Assembly: GCA_963851265.1 (NCBI GenBank)
Contig: CAWKNZ010000002.1
Coordinates: 320,001-384,000 of the forward strand
DNA: 64,000 bases
DNA from: an uncultured Gemmatimonadales bacterium
GTDB lineage: Bacteria; Gemmatimonadota; Gemmatimonadetes; Gemmatimonadales; Gemmatimonadaceae
Direction of reading: 5' to 3'
The position numbers were made by a program, and so were the translations under genes. Every line of letters begins with the position of its first letter. Position 1 is the stretch's first letter. Of this stretch, positions 41,575-50,975 are shown in pieces. The notes beneath the pieces are model-generated. The model was given only the letters and a program-made list of their open reading frames with translations. It was not told where the DNA came from and did no database searches.

Positions 41575-42029
41575 GCCGGCAACTTATCCGATTGGCGTCG
41601 TCGCGGAGCCACGAAGGCGTCATCGACCGCGTCATCCCAGGCCGGAAAGATCGCTCGCCAGCGCTCGGGTACCGGGGTGGGACGCCCGTCGCGCGTGAGG
41701 CAGACGAAGGTGAGCGTGGCCGCCGCGTGGAGCCGACCGGTCACGGCGTGTCGCACGCTCTGCCGGATGGCGTAGCTCGTCCGGCCGATACGCAGCAGTC
41801 CCGAACGAATCACGAGGTCATCGCCCGGAACGCTCTGCCAGTCGTACGAGATGTCGACGTGGCGTACCACCGTCCACACCGCACCATGCGTGAGGTCGGC
41901 GAGCGAGATGGCCGGCTCGAGCAGCGCCCAGCGCGCGTGCTCGAGCAGGGTGATCATCGTGGCGTGGTTGACGTGCCCGAAAACGTCGCAGTCGCTCGGG
42001 TAGACGTGGTGCGTGATCTCGTGGGGCAT
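41571..42029 (-). CDS. 4HBT/YbgC-type hotdog acyl-CoA thioesterase
   Basis: DCDVFGHVNHA, IGRTS, PVPERWR. Confidence 0.88.
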   Translation of the reverse strand: MPHEITHHVYPSDCDVFGHVNHATMITLLEHARWALLEPAISLADLTHGAVWTVVRHVDISYDWQSVPGDDLVIRSGLLRIGRTSYAIRQSVRHAVTGRLHAAATLTFVCLTRDGRPTPVPERWRAIFPAWDDAVDDAFVAPRRRQSDKLPA

Positions 42030-42058
42030 GGGCGACGGGGATCGAATTCGGTGCGTGC

Positions 42059-43522
42059 TCAGCCGCGCCGTGGTCCGGCCACCGCGAGCCTCTCCGCTTC
42101 GCGCCCGCCGCCTTCCTCCTCTTCATCCATGTCCTCCTCGGCGTCCTCGGCGCCGCCCACGTCGTCGCCGATCGTGTCTCGCACCCAGAGGAGCTTGATC
42201 GGGACGAGCACGGCCGCCGTGAGCGGTACCGCCACCATCAGGCCGAGGAAGCCGAAGACGAGGGTCATCAGCGCCTGCGACACGAGGGTCAGCGCGGGCG
42301 GCAGGTCCATCGCGCCGCGCATGAGGAAGGGGATGAGGAAGTTGTTCTCGAGGAACTGGATGGCCCAGAACGCGACGAGCACGTAGAGCGCCTTCTCGGG
42401 CGAATCGACGAAGCCCATCGCGAGGGCCGGCACGGCGGACAGGATCGGCCCGACGGTCGGAATGAATTCGAGCATCCCCGCGATGAAGCCGAGCGCGAAC
42501 GACGCCTTCACGTGCAGCACGAGCATCGCCACGGTGACCGTCACCCCGATCACGGCCATCGCGATGAGCTGCGTGACGAGCCACTTGCGCAGCACGGCCG
42601 AGATGTCGGTGAGCACCTCGCCGGCCTGCCTGCGCGCGCGATGCGGGAACAGGTGCATGAGCCCGTCGTGGTACGTGTCGGGTTCCGCTCCCACGTAGAC
42701 CGCGAGGAAGATGATGAGCAGCACGCCGCTCACGAGCGCGGCCGACGACGACAGGAATGGGAAGAGGTACTTGGTGGCGTCCGACAGCGAGCCACCGAGG
42801 CGCTCTTTCAGGCTCTCGGTCGCCGACGGTGCGCCCGCGGACTGTGGCTGAACCTGCGTCTGCGTCGCGCGCGCGGTCGCGCCGGACCGCGTCGGCGATC
42901 CGGGCACGGAGCCGGTCGTCGCGGTGCCGACCGTCGCCGCCCCTGTGGTCGCGACGGTACTGGGGTGACTCGTCGCCGCCTCGGCGGCCGCGTTGGCGCT
43001 GCCGGGAGGCGCGCTCTGGCCGCGCAGGACCGTGGCGAGGATGCCGTTCTGGTGCGTGCTGACGTACTTGTCGATCTTGTCGAGCGCGGCCGGAAGCTGC
43101 TGCCGCAAAACGCCGATCTGGTCGGTGAGGGTTGGGGCGATGAACGCGCTCGTCCCGCCGATCGCGCCGAGCGCCGCCAGCACGACGAGCGCGGAGGCCA
43201 CGCCGCGGCGGATGTGGAAACGTTCGAGCTTGTCGACCACCGCCGCCACGGCGAGGCCGAACAGCACGCCGAGGAAGACGACGAACACGAGCGAGTTGGC
43301 GAACCAGAGCAGCCGCCCGAGTACGTAGATCGCGAAGACGATCGCGGTGGCGCGGGCGACGTCGCGGCTGCGCCAGCCGTGCGCGCGGTCGCGCCGCTCG
43401 CGCACGCCGAGCGGCGGACCGGTGAGCGGGCGGGTCGCGGCGGGGCCGGCGAGCGGGACGTCGGCGCTGCGACGCGAACGATCGCCCGCGCCGCCGACAT
43501 CTGGGATGACGGTGGAAGACAT
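42059..43522 (-). CDS. AI-2E family transporter
   Basis: EFIPTVGP, QFLENNFLIP, GFLGLMVAVPL; multiple TMs. Confidence 0.9.
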   Translation of the reverse strand: MSSTVIPDVGGAGDRSRRSADVPLAGPAATRPLTGPPLGVRERRDRAHGWRSRDVARATAIVFAIYVLGRLLWFANSLVFVVFLGVLFGLAVAAVVDKLERFHIRRGVASALVVLAALGAIGGTSAFIAPTLTDQIGVLRQQLPAALDKIDKYVSTHQNGILATVLRGQSAPPGSANAAAEAATSHPSTVATTGAATVGTATTGSVPGSPTRSGATARATQTQVQPQSAGAPSATESLKERLGGSLSDATKYLFPFLSSSAALVSGVLLIIFLAVYVGAEPDTYHDGLMHLFPHRARRQAGEVLTDISAVLRKWLVTQLIAMAVIGVTVTVAMLVLHVKASFALGFIAGMLEFIPTVGPILSAVPALAMGFVDSPEKALYVLVAFWAIQFLENNFLIPFLMRGAMDLPPALTLVSQALMTLVFGFLGLMVAVPLTAAVLVPIKLLWVRDTIGDDVGGAEDAEEDMDEEEEGGGREAERLAVAGPRRG

Positions 43523-43602
43523 GTAGCAGCGTTGAGGCAAGCGAGGTGCCCGGGCGATGGCGGGGGATTGACTTCCGCGCCGCGTCGTGCGGGCTTGTGG
43601 AC

Positions 43603-44880
43603 GTGTCCCGACCATCGTTCGCCTACCTCGACGCGCCCGACGCCACGGCGCGCTTTCTCGCCGGCCTGGGCGCCGGCCCTCCACCATCGGGCCCGACGGC
43701 CGGCCGCCAACCCACGCGCGATCTCGCGATCGACACCGAGGCGGCGAGCTTCCACCGCTTCACCGACCGCGTCTACCTCCTCCAACTCACGGCACGCCTC
43801 ACCGACGAGACCACGGGCGGCGACCGCGAGGTGAGCGCCGTGATCGACCCGCTGAGCGCCGGGCCGCTCGCCGCGCTCGGCGCGCTCGTGGAGGACCGGG
43901 CGGTGCAGAAGGTGTTTCACGACGCCGACTACGACCTGCGTCTGCTGCGGCAGGACTACGGCTGGCAGGTCGCGAACGTCTTCGACACGCGCATCGCCGC
44001 ACAGTTGCTCGGCGAGCGCGCCTTCGGCCTCGCCGCGCTCCTCGACCAGGAGTTCGGCGTGAAGCTCGACAAGAAGCACCAGCGCGCCGACTGGTCCATG
44101 CGTCCGCTCACGCCCGACATGCTCGACTACGCGGCGCAGGACACCCACTGGCTGCTTGGCCTCCGCGACCGGCTGCGCGACCGACTCGTGCGGCTCGGCC
44201 GGATGGCGTGGGCCGAGGAGGAGTTCGGGCGACTCGAGCAGGTGCGCTGGGCGCCGGAGGACGCGGGCGAGGCGTACCTGCGCGTGAAGGGCGCGCGCGA
44301 CCTGTCACGGCGCGAGCTGGCCTTGCTGCGCGAACTCGTGCAGTGGCGTGACGGGGTCGCGCGCGAACTCGACCGCGCCACGTTCCGTGTGGCCGCGAAC
44401 GACGTGCTGCTGGAGGTCGCGCGCCAGGCGCCGCGCACGCGCGAGGCGTTGGGCGCGATCAAGGGCGTGCCGCGCGGTTCGCTCGACGGGCGCGCGGGCG
44501 ACATGCTGGACGCGGTGCGGCGCGGGCTCGCGGTACCCGAAGGCGAACTGCCGCGCTTTCCGCGCGCGGCGCGCTGGGACCGTGACCCCGACTTCGACGC
44601 GCGCGTGGGGCGGCTCCGCATGGTGCGCGACGCGGCCGCGGCGCGTCTCGCGCTCGACCCCGGCGTGCTCTGCTCACGCGAGCGCCTCGAGACGATCGCG
44701 CGCCGTCGACCGACGACGGTCGACGAGCTGGCGGAGGTACCGGATCTGCGCCGGTGGCAGATCGGGGAGCTTGGCGAGGGGTTGCTGGCCGCGCTCCGCG
44801 CAGTCCCCGACGCGGCACCGTCCGATGATCGCGGCGACCGTGGCCAGGCGACCGACCGGTCACCGTACCGCGATCGGTGA
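43603..44880 (+). CDS. rnd: Ribonuclease D (DEDD exonuclease + HRDC)
   Basis: AIDTE, KVFHDADYD, FDT, DWSMRPL, YAAQD, WRD..A...D HRDC. Confidence 0.92.
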   Translation: MSRPSFAYLDAPDATARFLAGLGAGPPPSGPTAGRQPTRDLAIDTEAASFHRFTDRVYLLQLTARLTDETTGGDREVSAVIDPLSAGPLAALGALVEDRAVQKVFHDADYDLRLLRQDYGWQVANVFDTRIAAQLLGERAFGLAALLDQEFGVKLDKKHQRADWSMRPLTPDMLDYAAQDTHWLLGLRDRLRDRLVRLGRMAWAEEEFGRLEQVRWAPEDAGEAYLRVKGARDLSRRELALLRELVQWRDGVARELDRATFRVAANDVLLEVARQAPRTREALGAIKGVPRGSLDGRAGDMLDAVRRGLAVPEGELPRFPRAARWDRDPDFDARVGRLRMVRDAAAARLALDPGVLCSRERLETIARRRPTTVDELAEVPDLRRWQIGELGEGLLAALRAVPDAAPSDDRGDRGQATDRSPYRDR

Positions 44881-45110
44881 TGTGCGGCAGCCGCAGCGCT
44901 ACACGCGGCATGTGGCAGGATCGCCACATCGTGACCGAGTGTGGCGCGCGATCGGCAGCGGGGCGAGGATCGGCGTTACGCTGTAAACAATTGCGATAGA
45001 AGAACTTGCGACAACGTCGCACGGCAGTCGCCGGTGCGGCGCCGGGCCGCGTGGGCAGGTACGACGCGTGCACCGGGGCCCGGCATCCCCCCGCACCTGG
45101 AGCTTCTGAG

Positions 45111-45770
45111 ATGGCCAGCGTTCTTTCGTTCGATCTCGCGTTTCGCCGTCGCACCCCCGCCGGTGCGCGTCGCGCCGTAGCGGCCCCGCCGGTGCGCCCC
45201 ACGCCGCTGCCACGTCGCGCGCTCCGGGCGGTGGGGTCGGCCGCGATCGGGGCGACGCCGGTGATCTCGGAGACGGCGCTCGCGCGACGCTTCTTCACCG
45301 CGGCGCTTCTCGTCGCCACCGTCGACCTGCTGGCGAAGGCGCTCGCTGCGGCGGCCCTGCCGCTCGGCGAGTTGCTCGGGCGCGGGCCGATCGCCCTCAT
45401 GCTCGCGTACAACACCGGCACAGCGGGCGGGATGTCGCTCGGCGTGCACACGCGGGCGATCAACCTCGTCTCGACGGGGATCGTGGTCGGGCTGCTCGTG
45501 ATGCTCGTCCCGACGCTGGCGCGCATCGATCGGCGGTCGACGGCGTGGCTGGCGCTGGTCGTCGGCGGCGGGTTGGGGAACCTCGCCAGCCTCGCGACGT
45601 CGTCCAAGGGCGTGGTGGACTTCCTGGTGCTGCGGGCCGGCAGCCACGCCATCGTCGTGAACGTGGCCGATCTCGCGATGTGGATCGGGCTCGCGCTCCT
45701 GGCGCGGACGGGACTCGAACTCGTCCGCGAAATCCGACTGAAGGGGGGCGCGGTCGCGGTGCCCCGCTGA
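45111..45770 (+). CDS. Signal peptidase II (LspA)-like protein, divergent
   Basis: YNTG, GGGLGNL, GVVDF, VNVAD. Confidence 0.75.
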   Translation: MASVLSFDLAFRRRTPAGARRAVAAPPVRPTPLPRRALRAVGSAAIGATPVISETALARRFFTAALLVATVDLLAKALAAAALPLGELLGRGPIALMLAYNTGTAGGMSLGVHTRAINLVSTGIVVGLLVMLVPTLARIDRRSTAWLALVVGGGLGNLASLATSSKGVVDFLVLRAGSHAIVVNVADLAMWIGLALLARTGLELVREIRLKGGAVAVPR

Positions 45771-45776
45771 CGAACG

Positions 45777-45802
45777 CGGACCCCCGCCTTCGCGGGGGTC
45801 CG
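45777..45802. terminator. Hairpin between convergent genes
   Basis: cggacccccgc-cttc-gcgggggtccg. Confidence 0.65.
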
Positions 45803-45806
45803 ACGG

Positions 45807-46208
45807 TCAGAATCCCATGTATGCCCGGACGCGCGGCTCGATGCGGTCGGGGGTCCAGGGCGGCGACCACACGAGATTCATCTCGACATCGCCCACTCCG
45901 GGAAGCGATCGCAGCTGGTCCTCGGCTTCCTTCATGATGTCCGGGCCGGACGGGCACCCCGGCGAGGTCAGGCTCATGTCGACGCGCACGAGGTCACCGA
46001 CGACGTCGATCTCGTAAACGAGTCCGAGATCGACGATGTTCAGGTTGAGTTCGGGGTCCTTGACCCGACGCAGGGCCAGCCTCGCCTGGTCGCGGCTGAC
46101 GGCCGGCGCATCGTCCGGATCGGACGCGTCGTGCTCGGCGGGTGCAGGAGCGGACGCGGCGTCCGCGATCGCGTCCGCGTCGTCCGGGGTGAGATCGGGT
46201 GTGGACAT
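45807..46208 (-). CDS. SufT/PaaD-like (DUF59) metal-sulfur cluster assembly factor
   Basis: VKDPELNLNIVDLGLVY, LTSPGCP, VWSPPWTPD. Confidence 0.92.
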   Translation of the reverse strand: MSTPDLTPDDADAIADAASAPAPAEHDASDPDDAPAVSRDQARLALRRVKDPELNLNIVDLGLVYEIDVVGDLVRVDMSLTSPGCPSGPDIMKEAEDQLRSLPGVGDVEMNLVWSPPWTPDRIEPRVRAYMGF

Positions 46209-46215
46209 GACTCGA

Positions 46216-47775
46216 TTACCCGCGGTGCGTCGCCGAGTGCCCGTGGGCGCTCTTCGACGCGGAAGCTTTGCTCTTGGCGCTCGACTCGTGCGAGGCGTGC
46301 GACGATTTGTGGGACGCGGCGTGGGACCCGTGACTCGAGACGTTCGTCGAACCCTTCGCGTGCTTCGCGCCGTGTTTCGCGCTGGCGGATTCGTGGTGCG
46401 ACTTGCTGCCGTGGTGCGACCGGCTGCTCGCGTGGCGTGAGGTGGCGCGTTCGGGCGCGCGGTTCCAGCCAGTCTCGTCGTCCGCTCGGAAGCTCGCGGG
46501 CATGTCGCGCACGCCGCGCGGGTCGTCGAGCACGGCGAGTTCGGCGGCGTCGGCGAGGTCGGCGCGCACGTCGGCGATCACCTTGGCCGGGCGGCGGGCG
46601 CGCGCCTCGTGCACCCGGTTGGTGAGCAGCACGACGAACATGTTGCGGTCGGGGTCCATCCAGAGCGACGTGCCGGTGAACCCGGTGTGGCCGAACGCGG
46701 TCTCGCCCATGAGCGAGCCGCAGGACCCGCTCGTGCTGCCGCCCAGGCAGGTGTCCCAGCCGAGGGCCCGGGACCCGGCCTCGCGGTGGGTGAAGAGGCG
46801 GACGGTGCTGTCGGCGAAAACGCGGACGCCGGCGTAGGTGCCGCCGTTGAGCAGGGTCTGCGCGAAGATGGAGAGGTCGGCGGCCGAGCTGAAGAGCCCC
46901 GCGTGCCCGGCGACGCCGCCTAACGCGTACGCGTTCTCGTCGTGCACCTCGCCGCGCAGCGGGTAGCCGCGGGGGGGGGCGACTTCGGTGGGTGCGATCC
47001 GGTTGCGCAGCGGCGCGGGGGGGCGGAAGTACGTGTCGTTCATGCCCAACGGTCCGTAGACGCGCTGCGCGAGGAAGGCGTCGAGGCGCTGGCCGCTCAC
47101 GGCCTCGACGACGAAGCCGAGCATGTCGGCGCCGAGGTCGGAGTACTCGTAGCAGACGCCCGGCGCGCAGCCGAGCGGCGTCTCGATGACGATGCGGCGC
47201 GCCTCGGCGGGCGAGGAGGCGAGGCGCCAGAGGTCACGCCCTGCGGGCAGGCCGGAGCGGTGCAGAAGCAGGTGGCGGACGGTGACGCGGTCCTTGGCGC
47301 CGCCCGAGAACGCGGGGACGTAGGTGCGCACCGGCGCGTCGAGGTCGATCTTGCCCTCGTCGTAGAGCACCATGATGGCCGACGTGGTGCCGACGACCTT
47401 GGTGAGCGAGGCGAGGTCGTAGATCGAGTGCTCGTCGGCCGGCGGGCTGTCCGCGGTCCACCCGAGGTGGCCGTAGCCGCGTTTGACGACGGAATACCCG
47501 CCGCGCCCCACGACCACCGCCGCGCCGGGATAGCCGCCCGCGCTGATGCCGCTGAGCACGACGCGGTCGACTGCGGCGAGGCGTTCGGCCGACATCCCGA
47601 CGGTGGTCGGGCTGCGCAGCGGGAGGCCGTCCGAGAGCGGGGCGGTGAGCGCCGCGAATGCGCGCACGACGCCGGGCGCGGCCGTACGGAGCGCGCCGGC
47701 GGCGTCGCCCGCGAGCGCGCCAGACGTGCCGAGCACCGCGAGCGCGGCGGCGGTGACGAGGGGCCTGAACGACAC
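46216..47775 (-). CDS. Secreted beta-lactamase-family serine hydrolase with His/Ser/Lys-rich tail
   Basis: DLASLTK (SxxK), YSD, GEVHDENA, GHAGLFS, FGHTGFTG; AGGAG SD before GTG. Confidence 0.9.
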   Translation of the reverse strand: MSFRPLVTAAALAVLGTSGALAGDAAGALRTAAPGVVRAFAALTAPLSDGLPLRSPTTVGMSAERLAAVDRVVLSGISAGGYPGAAVVVGRGGYSVVKRGYGHLGWTADSPPADEHSIYDLASLTKVVGTTSAIMVLYDEGKIDLDAPVRTYVPAFSGGAKDRVTVRHLLLHRSGLPAGRDLWRLASSPAEARRIVIETPLGCAPGVCYEYSDLGADMLGFVVEAVSGQRLDAFLAQRVYGPLGMNDTYFRPPAPLRNRIAPTEVAPPRGYPLRGEVHDENAYALGGVAGHAGLFSSAADLSIFAQTLLNGGTYAGVRVFADSTVRLFTHREAGSRALGWDTCLGGSTSGSCGSLMGETAFGHTGFTGTSLWMDPDRNMFVVLLTNRVHEARARRPAKVIADVRADLADAAELAVLDDPRGVRDMPASFRADDETGWNRAPERATSRHASSRSHHGSKSHHESASAKHGAKHAKGSTNVSSHGSHAASHKSSHASHESSAKSKASASKSAHGHSATHRG

Positions 47776-47935
47776 CGAGGACTCCTGAACGACAGACGGC
47801 GACCGGCGTCCGCCGTGTGCGGACGCCGGCGGTGACGGCGGATACGACGAATGGCCGAAGCGCTGGATCTTGGGCGCCACGGGCGCCGTCGTCAAGCCGT
47901 GCGGTCAGGCCACCGCGTGCGCGCGACCCGTGTGT

Positions 47936-49018
47936 TCAGCTACCCCAGGTGGTCGTGGCCGACATGGCGTGCGCGGTCGGCTTATACCCACTGCCGTCCT
48001 CGACGTTCTCCGGCGGCGGACGTTTGCGCAGTTTGCGCTGCTCGGGTACGAGCGACTTGTGGATCGCGAGCGCGGCGACCGCTCCGTCGGCGGCGGCGGC
48101 GATGCCGAGCTGCGGTCCGGGCACGAGGTCGCCGGCGGCGAAGACGTTGTACACGGACGTGTGGTACGCGTCGTCGACGATGGCGTGGCCGTTCTCGTCA
48201 CGTTCGCAGCCGAGTTGTGCGGCGAGGTCGTCGGCCGGGTACTGGCCGATCGCGTAGAACACCTTCTCGACGCCGAGCGTCGTGCCGTCGACGAAGTGGA
48301 GCGACCGTAGCGCGTGGTCGCGGAAGTTCAGCTCCTTGATGGACGTCGTGACCACCGGGATGCCGTTCGCCGCGAGCTTCTCCGAGAGTTCCTCGTCCAT
48401 CTCGGGCTCGTGCCCCGCGGTGCAGACGGTGATGTCTTCGGTCCAGGTGGTGAGGTTGAGCGCCATCCCGACCGCTTTTCGCCCCCACCCGAGCACCACC
48501 GTCTTCTTGCCATGCGCGTCGTAACCGTCGCAGTCGGGGCAGACGTGCGCCTTGTCGCCGTAGATCTGTTCGAGTCCCGGCACTCGGGGCCACACGTCGC
48601 GCATGCCGATGGCGAGCAGGAGGCGCCGCGCGTAAACGGGCGTGGTGTCGGCGTGCAGCGCGTTGTCGTCGGGGGCGCGCGCGTGGCTCGGCCCGTGGCC
48701 GTTTCGGTCGGCCTTGGTCTCGTCGATCGGGTCGTACTCGACGAGGAAGCGGTCGGGCGTCTCGCAGCGGACCTGCACGGCGAAGCCGTTGATCAACTCG
48801 ACCCCGTAGCGCCGCGCCTCGTCGCGGCCGGCCTTGCGCAGGTCGGCGGGGCGGATCTCGGGCAGGCCGAGGTAGCCGTTCACGCCGCGCGTCTCCCAGT
48901 TGCGGGGATCGCCGGAGTCGATCAGGGCGACGCGGTGGAGGTAGCGTCCAAGCCAGATCGCGGCGGACAGCCCGGCCGGGCCGCCGCCGACGATGACAAC
49001 GTCGTAGGGTTCCGTCAT
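47936..49018 (-). CDS. Thioredoxin-reductase-like NAD(P)/FAD oxidoreductase
   Basis: VVIVGGGPAGLSAA, CPDCDG, TSVYNVFAAGD. Confidence 0.88.
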   Translation of the reverse strand: MTEPYDVVIVGGGPAGLSAAIWLGRYLHRVALIDSGDPRNWETRGVNGYLGLPEIRPADLRKAGRDEARRYGVELINGFAVQVRCETPDRFLVEYDPIDETKADRNGHGPSHARAPDDNALHADTTPVYARRLLLAIGMRDVWPRVPGLEQIYGDKAHVCPDCDGYDAHGKKTVVLGWGRKAVGMALNLTTWTEDITVCTAGHEPEMDEELSEKLAANGIPVVTTSIKELNFRDHALRSLHFVDGTTLGVEKVFYAIGQYPADDLAAQLGCERDENGHAIVDDAYHTSVYNVFAAGDLVPGPQLGIAAAADGAVAALAIHKSLVPEQRKLRKRPPPENVEDGSGYKPTAHAMSATTTWGS

Positions 49019-49082
49019 AGGGTCGCCTGCGGGGGCAGGCGGCATGCCACGTGACGGTCCCGCGGCGTTGTTACACGTGCCG

Positions 49083-49904
49083 TTACATGCGCCCCGGGGG
49101 GAGGGCGTAGACGAGGCGCGCGGTGGCGTGGTCGGCGGCGGAGAGCTCGCGCACGCGGACGCGCGCGGCCATGACGCTCGTCTGGTCGGTCGTGTGGTCG
49201 AGGCCGAGCAGGTGCCCCACCTCGTGCAGGGCGATGGCGCGCACCTGCTCCTCGTCGAGCGGGTTGCCGTCGCTGTGGTGGAGCGCGAGGGTGATGTTCG
49301 CGTCGGTCATCCACCAGTGCTGGTCGCGCGTCCACACCGTGCGGCCCGAGATCGGCTCGCCGAAGCGGTCGGTCCAGCCGACGTGCACCTCGGCGGCGCT
49401 CGAGTCCTGGACGAAGCGGAAGCGCACCGGGACGCCGGTGCTCTCCCACGCGGCGAAGGCGTCGGCGACGCGGGCGACGTAGGCGGGCCGCCAATCGGGG
49501 AGCCCCGGGGCGTTGGCCACCCACACGGTGAGCGGGCGCTCGACGCGGTCGGGCCAGCGCACGACGGACGAGTCGCGCGCGCGGAGCACCTCGCCGATGT
49601 ACGTCCCGCGTGCGCCGAACGCGAGGCGCTGGCGCGGCGTCAGCGCCCGGAGCGCGGGCGCGTCGGGCTCGGAGTCGGGGCGCGCGTGGGCGGCGGGGTG
49701 CGCGCGGTGCGGGAGTGCGGGCGCGAAGTACGCGGCCAGGCTGCCCGTCGCGACGCCGGTCGCGCGCGGCGCGGCGCCGTCGTTGGGCACCGCGCCGTCG
49801 AGCGCCGCGCTCGCGATGGCGACGAGTGCGGCCGCGCCTGCGAGCGCCGCGCGGGGCGCTCGCGCGCGGGCGGGCGGGGAGCTACCGGCCGGGCACTGCT
49901 GCAT
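49083..49904 (-). CDS. Matrixin (M10)-family metalloprotease; start uncertain
   Basis: HEVGHLLGLDH and Met-turn SVM. Confidence 0.85.
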   Translation of the reverse strand: MQQCPAGSSPPARARAPRAALAGAAALVAIASAALDGAVPNDGAAPRATGVATGSLAAYFAPALPHRAHPAAHARPDSEPDAPALRALTPRQRLAFGARGTYIGEVLRARDSSVVRWPDRVERPLTVWVANAPGLPDWRPAYVARVADAFAAWESTGVPVRFRFVQDSSAAEVHVGWTDRFGEPISGRTVWTRDQHWWMTDANITLALHHSDGNPLDEEQVRAIALHEVGHLLGLDHTTDQTSVMAARVRVRELSAADHATARLVYALPPGRM

Positions 49905-49988
49905 CGAGGAACCCACGCAGGCGGAAGAGGTCGGAGTGTGAACCACGTCCGACCAACGCGCGGGGGCCGGGGGGCCGCGCGGCGTTGG

Positions 49989-50849
49989 TCAGCCGTCCGT
50001 CGTCGGGAGTGTCGGCCGGTCCAGGAATAACTCCACCGCGGCGAAAAACTCCGCGGGCGTCTCCCAGAACGGCATGTGGCCCGCCTGTGCAAGAACCGTG
50101 ATCGTGGCCGCCGGGAGTACGGCGGCGGTCGCGCGCCCAACGCCGGCGTCGAGGACGTCTGCGTCGCCGTGTAGCAGAAGTGTCGGCGCGTGGACCGCTG
50201 TGACGACATCCGACCAGTCGTAGCCATCACGGCGCAAGCGTGCAGCGATGGTGACGCCGGTCACACTCACGTCGTTGGGCGGCGCAAACCTCGGCGCGAG
50301 TGACTGGTCCACGAACCACGCCGGCGAGAACGCGCGCGCGTACGCCGCGTGGTAGGCGGGGTCGGGTTCGGAGAGTCGCGCGGGGTCGAACGCGGCGAGC
50401 GCGTCGTGTGCGTGCGGGTTCACGCGCGCGAGGCGGTCGAGCGCGCGGCCGTGCAGGGGCGGCAGCCAGGCGCTGGTGGCCCCGACCGCGTCGACGAGCA
50501 CGAGGCGGCGCACGCCCGCGTCGGGCTCCGCGGCGGAGCGCATGGCGATGCCGCCGCCCCACGAGTGGCCGAGCACGTCCCACGCGGGGATGCCTAACGC
50601 GGCGCGGAGCGCGGGGAGGTCGAGCGCGTCGTGCTCGATGCGCGCGGCGCGGACGCCGGGCGGCGCGGCGCTCTCGCCGCGCCCGCGCTGGTCGTAGAGG
50701 ACGACCTGGCGCCGGGCGGCGAGGGGCGAGAGCGTGGGCCAGAGCGAGCGGTGGCCGTAGAGCAGGCCGCCGTTCACGCAGCAGAGGGGGACCGCGCCGG
50801 GGACGGGCGGGGTGGTCCAGACGGCAAAATCGAGCCCCCGCGCCCGCAC
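49989..50849 (-). CDS. Alpha/beta hydrolase (proline iminopeptidase-like); frame open a further ~40 codons upstream
   Basis: YDQRGRGES, GHSWGG, HGDAD, AGHMPF. Confidence 0.88.
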   Translation of the reverse strand: MRARGLDFAVWTTPPVPGAVPLCCVNGGLLYGHRSLWPTLSPLAARRQVVLYDQRGRGESAAPPGVRAARIEHDALDLPALRAALGIPAWDVLGHSWGGGIAMRSAAEPDAGVRRLVLVDAVGATSAWLPPLHGRALDRLARVNPHAHDALAAFDPARLSEPDPAYHAAYARAFSPAWFVDQSLAPRFAPPNDVSVTGVTIAARLRRDGYDWSDVVTAVHAPTLLLHGDADVLDAGVGRATAAVLPAATITVLAQAGHMPFWETPAEFFAAVELFLDRPTLPTTDG

Positions 50850-50975
50850 CGTGTGACGGGTGAGGCGGGGGGGCCGGGGCTGCGCGGCGCGGAACGCCGC
50901 GTAGCGTTGGGCGTGGCTCAGGAGTTCACGGGCTCGGGGGCGCGTGGTGCGGCGCGAGGGCGCGTGGGCCGCGGG

